A stretch of DNA of 64,000 nt. It comes from Chiloscyllium plagiosum (Eukaryota). The stretch is from assembly GCF_004010195.1 (NCBI RefSeq), contig NC_057711.1, positions 71,931,142-71,995,141 on the forward strand, in the 5' to 3' direction. The translations under genes and the position numbers were made by a program. A model generated the notes under the pieces. The model had not been told where the DNA came from. It worked only from the letters and a program-made list of their open reading frames with translations, and did not search any database. Of this stretch, positions 50,341 to 61,474 are shown one piece after another (the first letter of the stretch is position 1; every line of letters starts with the position of its first letter).

Positions 50341-50696
50341 CTTGAAGGTGCAAATCCAAGAAGACCCCAGCAGTGGTGAGTACATGAGTACATGACCACT
50401 GAGCATAAGAATCATGGTATAAAGTCATGGTGCAGAGAATTGCACAAGAAATCCCATTAGAACTTACAGAGTGAAACCATCCAGTCAGATTCACATAATG
50501 GACACCTCACATTTTTGGTAAAATTTAGCCCTGGGTCTACATATCAGTGAGTTTTTGTTAACTGACAGTCATCATTAACTAGTGCATTCTCCTTGGTCAT
50601 GTCTCTGCCAATCACAGTCCACTTGCCAGCCATTCAACACTCTCCTCTCATACAGGATAATTAAGCCTTTTTAATTTACTTTGGTATTTTTGAGGG

Positions 50697-50915
50697 GTTG
50701 GTTCACTCAATAGGCTGGATGGCTGACTTGTGATATAGAATGCCCACCAACAACCAAGTTTCAATTCCCACACCAGCTGAGGTCACCATGAAGCTATTGT
50801 CTTCTCAACCTCTCCCCTTGCCTGAGGCGTGGTGACGCTCACGTTAAACCGCCAGCAATCGTCTACCTGTGAAGGGAAAGCAGTCTTATGATCTGGTAAG
50901 ACAATGGCAACTTTT
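50697..50915 (+). mobile_element. tRNA-derived SINE (family of 18955-19175)
   Basis: tRNA-like head; ctcaacctctccccttgcctgaggcgtggtgacgctcacgttaaacc core. Confidence 0.6.
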
Positions 50916-51883
50916 TAACCTTGCAAATTGTTCTGAGGAGCGCAAGGCACGAAAGGTTTTTACAAAATGTCTCCTTCCTCAGCAATACTCAAGATCTGTA
51001 TATCCAAATAACTTTCTTGATTACTCCTGTCTTTATCGGGTCTTTCAGGTTGGAATTGAGGGCAGCTGCAATTCTCTTCAGCATTTGCCAAGTTGGTGTT
51101 ACACTATCATCCACTTTTGAGATGGAATTTTCCAGGAAGATCTCCAAGAATTGTGAAAACATATTTGTAACTTGTCAGAATCTGTTTAGCAGTCAATGGT
51201 CTGCTGCTCTGTGAAATGGTGCAAATCTCTTCTGACACATGTAGGATAAGTTTTAGACTTGTTTCGGCTGAGATGAGGGGATTTTACTTCATGGCTAATA
51301 TCTGAAACTGCATGTCTTCATTTCTTCTCTTTACACCAGGCTCAGAGTTTCCTCTTGGAGAAGTATCATTCCATCATATCGGATCATTTTTACCTTCAAC
51401 AGCGTCAGTTTTGTGTCAACATCTTGAGTCACTTAGCATTTGTCTGCAAAGCTCATGACTTTGTACATTCCATCAATGCCTATCTCACATTCACATAATA
51501 CTCTCCTTCTGTAGACATTATTCAAACAGTCATAAAACATTTATCACCTTTGGACTGAACAGCACTAACCTGCGCTATGATACAATGATTCTCCAGAATC
51601 ATCCAACAGCTCGCCAGCAGCTATTTTTATCATTTTTCTTTCCTTTCCAGCTGAGGAACTATGTGTGCCATTTGATTCAGTTCTTGCAGTTAAAGTATAA
51701 CTTTCCCCATAAGAACATCAGACATTGGCACTGAAGTAGGCCATTCAGCCCAATAGATCTGATTTACGATTTCATTGAGATCACGGATGACCCAATAATC
51801 CTTAACCCCACTTCCTTCGTTTTCATCATTATCCTTAATTCATAGGGTCATAGAGTCATACAACATGGAAACAGACCATTTAG

Positions 51884-51967
51884 CTGAAAATGTGTTGCTG
51901 GAACAGCGCAGCAGGTCAGGCAGCATCCAGGGAACAGGAGAATCGACGTTTCGGGCATAAGCCCTTC
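51884..51967 (-). mobile_element. PLE-HHR family 1 insertion in a HER1 tail
   Basis: Near-identical to 24258-24348; short ttag duplication. Confidence 0.85.
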
Positions 51968-52091
51968 TTAGTCCAACTTGTCCATGCCAACCAGGCCTCA
52001 CAACCTGGCCTCATCCCATTTTCTAGAATTTGGCTCATTTCTCTCCAAACCCTTCCGATTTGTATACCCATCCGGATGCCTTTTAAATGTT

Positions 52092-52197
52092 TGAAGTCAC
52101 ATGACACCAGGTTACGGTCCAACAGGTTTATTAGAAATCACAAGCGTTCGGAGCACTGCTCCTTCGTCAGGTGAAGTGTTGTAGTGTACCTGGCTAC
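52092..52197 (-). mobile_element. PLE family 2 short insertion with HHR motif
   Basis: TSD aaatgtt at 52085-52091 and 52198-52204; tcac-CTGACGA-aGGAGCagtGCTCC-GAAC-gctt-gtga at 52138-52174. Confidence 0.82.
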
Positions 52198-54464
52198 AAA
52201 TGTTGTAATTGTGCCTGCCTACACCAGTTCCTCTGGAAGCTCATTCCATACACGCACCACCCTCTGTGAAAATATTGCCTCTCAGGTCCCTTTTCAATCT
52301 TTCCCCTCTCACCTTAAACCTATGCCTCCAGTTTTGGACTCCCTCACCTAGATAAAAGACCATATCCACACCCCTCATCATTTTATAAACCTCTGTAAGG
52401 TCAACCCTCAGCCTCTGACGCTCCAGGGAAACAAACCCCGACGTGTTCAGCCTTCCCCTCTAGCTTAAACCCTCCAATCCCGGCAACATCCTTACAAATC
52501 TTTTCTGTCCCCTCTCAAGTTTGACGACATCCTTCTTATAGCAGGGAAACTAGAATTGTACGCAGTATTCTAAAAGTGGCCTCACTCCTTTTACTGAGTA
52601 GAAGTCTATCGTAGACTTAAATATACCTAATGGTACAGCATCTACAATCCTTTGTGGTGAAGAATTTCACAGATTTACTACCCTCTGAGGAAAAGAATTC
52701 CTCCCTATCTACTTCTTAAAATGATGACCCTTCCCTCCGTGATTATGCCTTTTTGCCCTAGACTTTCCGAAAGGTGAAACAAATTTTCCACATCAACCTT
52801 GTCAAGTCCCTTAAAAATCTTATCTTTTTCAGTAAGGCCCCTTCTCATTCTTTTAAACTCCAATGAGTGCAAGCCCAACTTACCAAGCATTTCTTCATAT
52901 GAAAATTCTTTCATGCCTTTCTATTTTGTGAACCTTCTCTGGACTGCTTCCAATGCCAATATGTCTTTCATTAGATAACAGGACCAAAATCATGCATAGC
53001 TGTGGTCTAATTAGTACCTTGTATAGTTTTTGCAAGACTTCCCTATTTTTCCACTCTATTCTCTTTGAAATAAATGCCAACATTCCATTTGCTTTACATA
53101 TTACTTGCTGAACTTGTATTTCTTTTGTGATTTCACGCACAAGGACTCCCAAATCATGCTGTAGCTTTCTGCAGGCTCTCTCCATTTCAACAATATTCGT
53201 CTCCTCTATTCTTCCTGCCAATGTGCATAACCTCATATTTTCCCACATTATATTCTATGTGCCATGTTTTTGCCCACTAACTCAACCTGTCTAATTCTCT
53301 CTGCAGATTCTGTGTGGCCTCACAACTTTCCTTCCCACCTATTTTTGAGCCACCTACAAACTTGGCTTTAATACATTTACTACCCTTATCCAAGTCATTA
53401 ATATAACTGTAAATAAATCTGTTCTTCTTATCCCAACTCTTAATTTGTTAGTCAATGCTCAATCCATGCTGATATACTATCCCCAACATGAAGGGCTCTT
53501 ACCTTAATATAAAGCTTTATGTGTCAAACAACTTATCAAACAATTTTTGGAAATCCTGACATATTGCATTTACTCCTTCCTCTTTATCTATCCTGCTTGA
53601 TACCTGACCAAGGAATGGTCTAAGGAATAGAGACCATGTTGTCTCTATTTGATTATATTATGTATTTCTAAATGTTCTTCTATAATATCTTTAGTAATGG
53701 AGTCCAACATATTCCCAAAGATAATTGTAAGGCGAACTGGCCTAGAATTGCCTACTGTTTCTCGCCTTCCTTTTCTGAATTAGGGTGCTGCATTGATAGA
53801 TTTCTATCCCTCTGGGACTTTGAGAATCTAAAGGTTTTACTCCCAGTGCACTCACCATCTTGGGACTTATTTGTTTTTAGCCCCATTAGTTTCATTCCTA
53901 TTTTTTTCTCTAGTGACAGTTATTGTATTTATTTCTTCTACCGCCAACATTTGCACTCCCCCTTGCCCCTTTTACCCCTTAATGATTTTGTGTTTTTAGT
54001 CCCTTGTTTTGGGTCTGAATGAATTTACTCTAAAATTGAACTTGAAAAAGAATTAAATAATTCCCACTTTGAACCATGTTCCCAGATGTACTCATTCAGC
54101 CTCCATCTCAATCAGACAAAGCTCCTTCACACTGACTGTGCTCCTGGCTCGCCTTACTTTTGTGTGGCATCCTCCACAATATTTACATCTTGTTCTTTGC
54201 TGTTGATCTTTCTGCTGTCCCTTCTGGAAATATTACTTCTTATTTTCCATTATGTTGTTCTTGTTAGGCCTAAAAGTGTGTCTAAGTGTAGACACTTGTC
54301 CATTATCCCATTATTTGATGATTGACAGCTACAGAGCTTCTGCACATGATCACCGCTTTCTTGAGTCCAAGCTCCTTTTCACTTAGAAGATTTGGTCTCA
54401 TGTGTGATTGCTTGATACAAAAATGATTCTACCTCAGATTAAATCATCTGTCATTTGCCCGAGG

Positions 54465-54800
54465 TTTTTTTTACTTATTCTTTTGGGGATGTGGACATCA
54501 CTGCCCATCCCTATTTGCCCTTCAGAAGATGGTTGTGAGCTGGCTTCTTGAATTGCTGCAGTCCACCTGCTGCGGTTTGACCCACAGTGGCATTAGGGAG
54601 GGAATTTCAGGGTTTTGACCCAATGACAGTGAAGCAACGGCTGTATATTTTCAAGTCAGGATGGTGAGTGGCTTGGAGGGGAACTCAAAGGTGGTGGTGT
54701 TCCCGTATATCTGCTGCCCTTGTGCTTCTAGGTGGAAATGGTGGTGAGCTTAGAAGGTGTTGTCTGAGGATCTTTGGTGAATTTCTGCAGTTCACCTTAT
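54465..54800 (-). mobile_element. LINE 3' end (family of 4010-4240)
   Basis: Tail tttttttacttattc...ggatgtggacatcactgcccatccct... Confidence 0.75.
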
Positions 54801-55334
54801 AGGATAGGTCAAAATGTACAAAATTCAGCTATATATCTCCGTGCAGTCACACTCTGATCAAAATTCTTCCTCTTCTTGAACTCCAATGGTAAACATTTAT
54901 CATTAATACGTAACATTAGGGTCAGGATCAAGACCTTCAATATTTTTCCATACTGGCTTATCTGTTGCACTGAGCAATACATCATATAGCACTGTGCCCA
55001 CTGTACTAGTAACAGAGTTACTAGTCTGCTTTGATCAGGGTTATTGTTCAGTGTTATGGCTCACTTCTGATTTTGCCATTGAGGCTGGTAAACATTCCAA
55101 CACTGTACCATATTGCCATTCCTCTTCACAAGAACACGAACTAGAATATTCAGAATCATCTTGACTTGCCCAGTAGGACAGAGGTACAGACTCTAATCAT
55201 TCACTGTTGTTTCTTACAGCAGTGGGCCCACTCACAGCTCTCATTTCAGCTTCTAATTCCTGACACCATCCTAACCTATAAATTTTAATCACTTCTTTTT
55301 CTAAAACTGAAAGAACATAAAACGGATGTTGTTG

Positions 55335-55827
55335 CAAAATACAGGAAGGGTGGAGAAGAGCAGAGCAATAGTAATTGGGAACTTGATAGTTCGGGGCACA
55401 GATAGGCGGTTTTGTGGGGGCGAGAGAGACTCACGTTTGGTATGTTGCCTCCCAGGTGCAAGGGTACGTGACGTCTCTGATCGTGTTTTCCGGGTCCTTA
55501 AGGGGGAGGGGGAGCAGCCCGAAGTCGTGGTCCACATTGGCACCAATACATAGGTAGGAGGAGGGCTGAGGATGTTAGGCAGGCTTTCAGGGAGCTATGT
55601 TGGAAGCTCAGAGTTAGAACAAACAGAGTTGTTGTCTCCGGTTTGTTACCCGTGCCACGTGATAGAGTCGAGGAATAGGGAGAGAGAACAGCTAAATGCG
55701 TGGCTACAGGGATGGTGCAGGAGGGAGGGATTCCGGTATTTGGATAACTGGGGTTCTTTCTGGGGAAGGTGGGACCTCTATAAACAGGATGGTCTACACC
55801 TGAACCTGAGAGGCACCAGTATCCTTG
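55335..55827 (+). mobile_element. CR1/HER1 ORF1 SGNH-esterase domain fragment
   Basis: RAIVIGNLIVRGTDRRFCG...VCCLPGARVRDV...VVVHIGTN; WDLYKQDGLHLN (SGNH blocks I, III, V); frameshifted. Confidence 0.9.
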
Positions 55828-56230
55828 GTACATCAGCAAGACAGAACGTTAACTTGTGATCGTTTCAGAAACCATCTCTGGTACAGTCACACAGACCAAC
55901 TTCACCACCTTGTGGTTGAACACTTTAACTCCTCCTCCCACTCCACCAAGGACATGTAGGTCCTGGGCCTCCTCTATTGCCAAACCCGAACTACCTGAGT
56001 TATGGAGGAAGTACGCCTCATCGTCCACAATGGGACCCTCGAACCACACTGGACCAATGTGGATTTCACCAATTTCTCTATTTCCCCCCTCCCAATTCAT
56101 GCCAATCCAACGTTTCAACTAGGCACCATCCTCTTGAATGTTCCTATGTGTCCATCTCCCTTCCCACCTATCCATTCCACCCTCCTCTCCGACCTATCAC
56201 TTGCACACGCACCCCTCATCTACCTATTAG
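55828..56230 (+). mobile_element. Old PLE GIY-YIG C-terminal fragment
   Basis: YISKTER...EHFNSSSHSTKDM...MEEVRLIVHNGTLEPHWTNVDF, homologous to 36506-36690. Confidence 0.8.
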
Positions 56231-56299
56231 GTCAAAGGAAGCACCTGAGAAAAACGTCAGGCATTGTCGTAAACCAGTGGATTCACAGAAATGTAGGAC

Positions 56300-56895
56300 C
56301 CAGCAAAGGAGGACAAAAATACTGAGAAAAACATCATAAAGAGAAAAAGCATGCAAACATAATAACAACATATAAATTGCTAAAAAGCTTCTATCAATGT
56401 GAAACAAAAATAAAAACAAGGTGAAATGTGGAACACTGAGTGTGCGGACAGCATAATCTATTATAAGGAACAGAGACGTTACAGGGAATAGATACAGTTT
56501 CTTACTGTCTGTCTTCATGGAAGAATATCCAGAAATTCTCCTAGAAATACCAAGTGACCATGGGACTTGTGTAAGTAAAGTCTAAGATCGTGCTTATCAG
56601 TGATGAGGTAGCATTTGAAAAGACAGCTGGATTGAGTTTTGAAAAATCAGACAGACCAGATTTACTACATACATAAATGTCAGTGGAAGGAGCAATGGTC
56701 ATATTGGTTGCATTACGGATTTTCACATTATTTTCTGACACATTTCAGAAAGACAGGTAGCCAATCAGGATAAGGGACAGTTATAAATATTATCTGCCAG
56801 TTTAAAAAAGAATGAATATGGAGAGTGGTGAACTACAGGCCAGGTAACCTGTCATCTGAAGAACATTCCACTAGATATATAGAAGGTAATGGCAA
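56300..56895 (+). mobile_element. Highly decayed CR1 ORF2 fragment
   Basis: aaaagcttctatcaatgtg...tgtcttcatggaaga...gaactacaggccagg (NYRP). Confidence 0.55.
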
Positions 56896-56942
56896 AACTG
56901 GGGGGGGCGGGGTTAGATAATGCATCGTGAAAAGAAAACCGT

Positions 56943-58522
56943 AAATTCTGGAAAGGGTGAAATTCTGGAAAGGGTGAAAATAGATAGGTCCCCTGGGCCT
57001 GATGGCATTTATCCTAGGATTCTCTGGGAAGCAAGGGAGGAGATTGCAGAGCCATTGGCCTTGATTTTTATGTCCTCGTTGTCTACAGGAGTAGTGCCAG
57101 AAGACTGGAGGATAGCAAATGTGGTTCCCTTGTTCAAGAAGGGGAGTAGGGATAACCCTAGTAACTATAGGCCGGTGAGTCTCACTTCTGTTGTGGGCAA
57201 AGTCTTAGAGAGAATTGTAAGGGATAGGATTTATGAAAATCTGGATAGGAATAATGTGATTAAGGATAGTCAGCATGATTCTGTGAAGGGCATGTCGTGC
57301 CTCACAAACCTTATTGAATTCTTTGAGAAGGTGACTAAGGAGCTGGACGAGGGGAAAGCGGTAGATGTGGTGTATATGGATTTTAGTAAGGCGTTTGATA
57401 AGGTTTCCCATGGTAGGCTACTTCGAAAAATACGGAGGTATGACATTGAGGGTGAGTTGGAGGTTTGGATTAGGAATTGGCTGGGTGGAAGAAGACAGAG
57501 GTAGTAGTTGATGGTAAAGGTTCATCTTGGAGTGCAGTTATTAGCGGTGTTCCGCAAGGATCTGTTTTGGGACCATTACTGTTTGTCATTTTTATAAATG
57601 ACCTGGAGGAGGGGCTAGAAGGTTGGGTGAGCAAGTTTGCAGATGATACGAAAGTCGGAGGAGTTGTTGACAGTGAGGAAGGATGTGGCAGGTTACAGCG
57701 GGATATAGATAAGCTGCAGAACGGGGCAGACAGGTGGCAAATGGAGTTCAATGTAGCTAAGTGTGAGGTGATTCATTTTGGTAAGAATAACAAAAAGATG
57801 GGGTACTGGGTTAATGGTCGGATACTTGGTAGTGTGGATGAGCAGAGGAATCTTGGTGTCCATGTACACAGATCTCCGAAAGTTCAGGTAAATAGTGCGG
57901 TGAGGAAGGCATATGGCGTACTGGCTTTTATTGGTAGAGGAATTGAGTTCCGGAGTCCTGAGATCATGTTGCAGTTGTATAAGACTCTGGTGCGGCTGCA
58001 TCTGGAGTATTGTGTGCAGTTTTGGTTGCCATACTATAGGGAGGATGTGGAGACACTGGAACGGGTGCAGAGGAAGTTTACCAGGATGTTGCTTGGTATG
58101 GTAGGAAGATCGTATGAGGAAAAGCTGAGGCACTTGGAGTTGTTTTCATTGGAGAAAAGAAGGTTTAGGGGTGACTTGATAGAGGTGTACAAGATGATTA
58201 GGGGTTTAGATAGGGTTGACCGTGAGAACCTTTTTCACGTATGGAGTCAGCTATTACGAGGGGGCATAGCTTTAAATTAAGGGGTGGTAGGTATAGGACA
58301 GATGTTAGGGGTAGGTTCTTTACTCAGCGAGTCGTGAGTTCATGGAATGCCCTGCCAGTAGCAGTGGTGGACTCTCCCTCTTTATGGGCATTTAAGCAGG
58401 CGTTGGATAGGCATATGGAGGATAGTGGGCTAGTGTAGGTTAGGTGGGTTTGGATCGGCGCAACATCGAGGGCCAAAGGGCCTGTACTGCGCTGTATTCT
58501 TCTATGTTCTATGTTCTATGTT
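56943..58522 (+). mobile_element. Young 5'-truncated CR1 LINE with full RT domain (frameshifted)
   Basis: ORFs 56920..57504 and 57477..58280: SPGPDGIYPRIL, NYRPVSLTSVVGK, YMDFSKAFDKV, GVPQGSVLGP, KFADDTK; (ATGTTCT)n tail. Confidence 0.97.
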
Positions 58523-60309
58523 TACAAAAAGATATCCCCAAACAGAGTTGAGGCTAGATCAGACATGATCATGTTGAATTGCTGGCTTAACAGCCCATAT
58601 AGTCCTCTCTTCCTCCGATTTCCTTTGATTTTGTGATCCACTACCAATTATGTAAATGAAAATGCTTCCTGGTTTCTCTCCTTGATGGCCCAGCTCTATT
58701 TTGAAAATTATCTGCTTTCATTCTGGATTTCTCTACCAGTGGGAATAGTGTTTTCCTGGGTGGACTGTTCTGGAAGCTGTGTGGTTAGAAGGAACACATG
58801 TGCAGTGCATCTGCTCATAAGGCAGTCACGGAGTGGATACCCGGTTCTATCTTCATGTTCTAGGAGTGCTGTAAATCAAGCAGTGGGGACAGACACAAAG
58901 TCAACACCACTGCTCTTACTTTATGGGGCCAAAGATCCAAGCACATATTTAAAAGGTGTTCAAGTCAGGAGTATAATTCTCAATGTTGGAGGAGCCTTTA
59001 AGGAACTGCAATTGCAGCTACCTGGATCCCTGGAATTGGAAGTCATCATTTCACAACCACATCCCCACATCTGAATACCTTTCCCTTCCCTCCTATATCC
59101 TCAACCAATATCTCATATCACCCTTGACCAATTACAATGTCATGCTTGGACAATGGAACTAACTCCACTTCCCCTATCTGTCAATGTGATCCTCCACTTA
59201 CCATCTTTGGCCATCCCTTTGTTACCTTTGACTCTCAGAACTTCACCATAATCCCTGAATTTATGACCTACACTTTCTTTCAATGTTGATCTTCCTTCTA
59301 CAGTTGGGTTCATTCCTGTATTCCCCAAGAGACATTGTAAGACTATGACCTCTTCCTCTCCCTCTCTCCCTCCTTCATTCCTCTGGCAGAATGTGCCCCA
59401 TTCCCCTTTGTCAGCCACCTAAACAATTTCAATGATCAATGTCTGTTCCCTCGGATTTGATCTAAGTTGCCCAAGAAAGGAAAAGCTCCTGCTCACTTCG
59501 AATCCACTATAAAAACTACTTTGTCCATTAGAAAGACATGATTAAGTAGTCACAAACCTGAAGGCATGTCTCATGTTTGCTAATTGCTTAAATGGAAGAT
59601 GTACCTAATTGTGACAATGGGGTTGCAGTGAGGATTTTTCTCAATTATATGAATGATCATAGCAATTTATTTGTGGAATTGGAGTATATGATGAAAGATT
59701 TGATGAGAAGGAGAACTGAGAAAGAGGACACTTGCAGTATTTAATGACAATCTCCAACTGGAAATGCATATATAATGTGTAAATGTATTTAAAAAGAGGT
59801 TTTCACCACTTGCCAACAGGAAGCACCATCTGCTGTCAATCTGCCAACAACTTAGCAGCATAATTTTACCCAAGTCATTGATTGGAAAGTTGACCGTTGT
59901 CATTCCACACAATTAAGTCCACCTAACTGGCTTATTTCCCATTTCCTGGAGGTTTTAAAGATTCTACCTGCTCTACGTACTCTCGTCCCCATGTGGAGGT
60001 CTTCTTCAACATTGGCTTCCAGGTATTCCAGCGATCCTGCAGGCAGTCTCGAACCAGAATGGTGGTCCCATCTGGGAATGGTGATAACCTCCCAGCTACG
60101 CCTTCTGGGTATTCCATTGTTTCTTAATCAGCTTTCCCCAAGTTAAGAAGCCATTAACTGAACTGTGATGAACTTTGTCTTAATTTTACCTTTTTTTTGC
60201 TATTATGTATGACTTCTTTCATTAATATAGCTGCATGGTAAGGCAACTTATAAAACATATTGTTGTTTTTTTTTGTGTAAAACATGTGACAACAAATTTC
60301 TTTTCCATT

Positions 60310-61000
60310 CTATTCCATAGTCTCCATCAAACCTCCTTATCATTTTAAAATCCCTCAATTCAATCAACACTCAACTTTGTGAACTCAAGAGAATACAAAG
60401 CAAGTTTATGCAACCTGACGTCACACTTTCAGTGTTGGTAACAGTCTGGTAAATCTGTGCTCATGGTCTTTCAAGGTCTCTGAGGTGTCATGCTCAAAAC
60501 TGAATGAAGTACTTCAGACGAAGTCCCACCAATGCTCTGTACAAATTAAACATCACCAACTCAATTTTGAATTCCAACCCTCTCGAGATAAAGGTCAATA
60601 TTCCATCAGTCTTTCTGATTACTTCTTGTAGCTGTCCAGTAGTTTTCTTTAGTGAATTTCATACATGGAAACTTAAATCCCTGTATGTCTGCAGAGCTGA
60701 TAGTTTCTTCTGTAAAATCTTATCAACAACCTCAGGAATTCTATATAGGCAACGTCAATACTCGCTTATCCACTGACCTCCTTGAACAATTCAATTAGAT
60801 TAGACAGACAGGATTTCCTCTTCACGAATCCTTCTGACTCTCTATGAACAGCCTATATTTCATCCAATCCCTCAGTCACTCTATCTCTGGGGTAGGTTCC
60901 AGCAATTTCTTCACAACTGACAAATCTGTAATGTGTGATTTCTCTCTCCTGCTCATCTAAAGTAGTTGAGTATATTTGAAATTTTCCATTCCAACACAGC
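60310..61000 (-). mobile_element. Old CR1 fragment
   Basis: Reverse-complemented CR1 RT/C-terminal region (gagataaaggtcaatattccatcagtctttctgattact). Confidence 0.6.
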
Positions 61001-61309
61001 ACCATGCTACACCAGTGTTACACTATGCACTATGTGACAGCTACATACGTGCCAAAGACACTGCATGTATCTCAATGTCGAAGAGGCCTAGCCCTCAGCC
61101 AAGTCTAGGAATACAGCCTTCAGGCAGGGGATCCTGGCACACAATAAATGTGAGGTAGCAAAGAGAGAGAGATGACGGTGGCATTTATCCTGACAGAGAG
61201 GAAAAGGTCATTGAACTTCTTTCAGCACTGCTGGGCATTCCTTCAGGTGGTTGATCTGGTACCATGGCCTTCCTTGTCAGTCCTGAGTTCTGGAGGATAT
61301 CTTTCAAAA

Positions 61310-61472
61310 GATCACCAAAAAGATAATAGAATAAATAAACTAAGAGGGCAAACCAGCGAGAACATAAAAACTGACACAAAGACCTTCTTTAAATATATAA
61401 AAAAGTAGTAAGAGGTCAAAGTGAACATCGGCCCCTTAGAAAATGAGTCTGGTGAGACAGTTTTGGGGAACA
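61310..61472 (+). mobile_element. CR1 ORF2 fragment
   Basis: NIKTDTKTFFKYIKK...KVNIGPLENESGE. Confidence 0.7.
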
Positions 61473-61474
61473 TT

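Larger units (their letters stand above)
51710..53960 (-). mobile_element. Old CR1 (51710-51845 and 52590-53960) interrupted by HER1 (51845-52585)
   Basis: ORFs 52705..52914 and 52895..53248 (SYEEMLGKLGLHSLE; KANGMLAFISKRIEWKNREVLQKLYKVLIRPQL). Confidence 0.85.
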
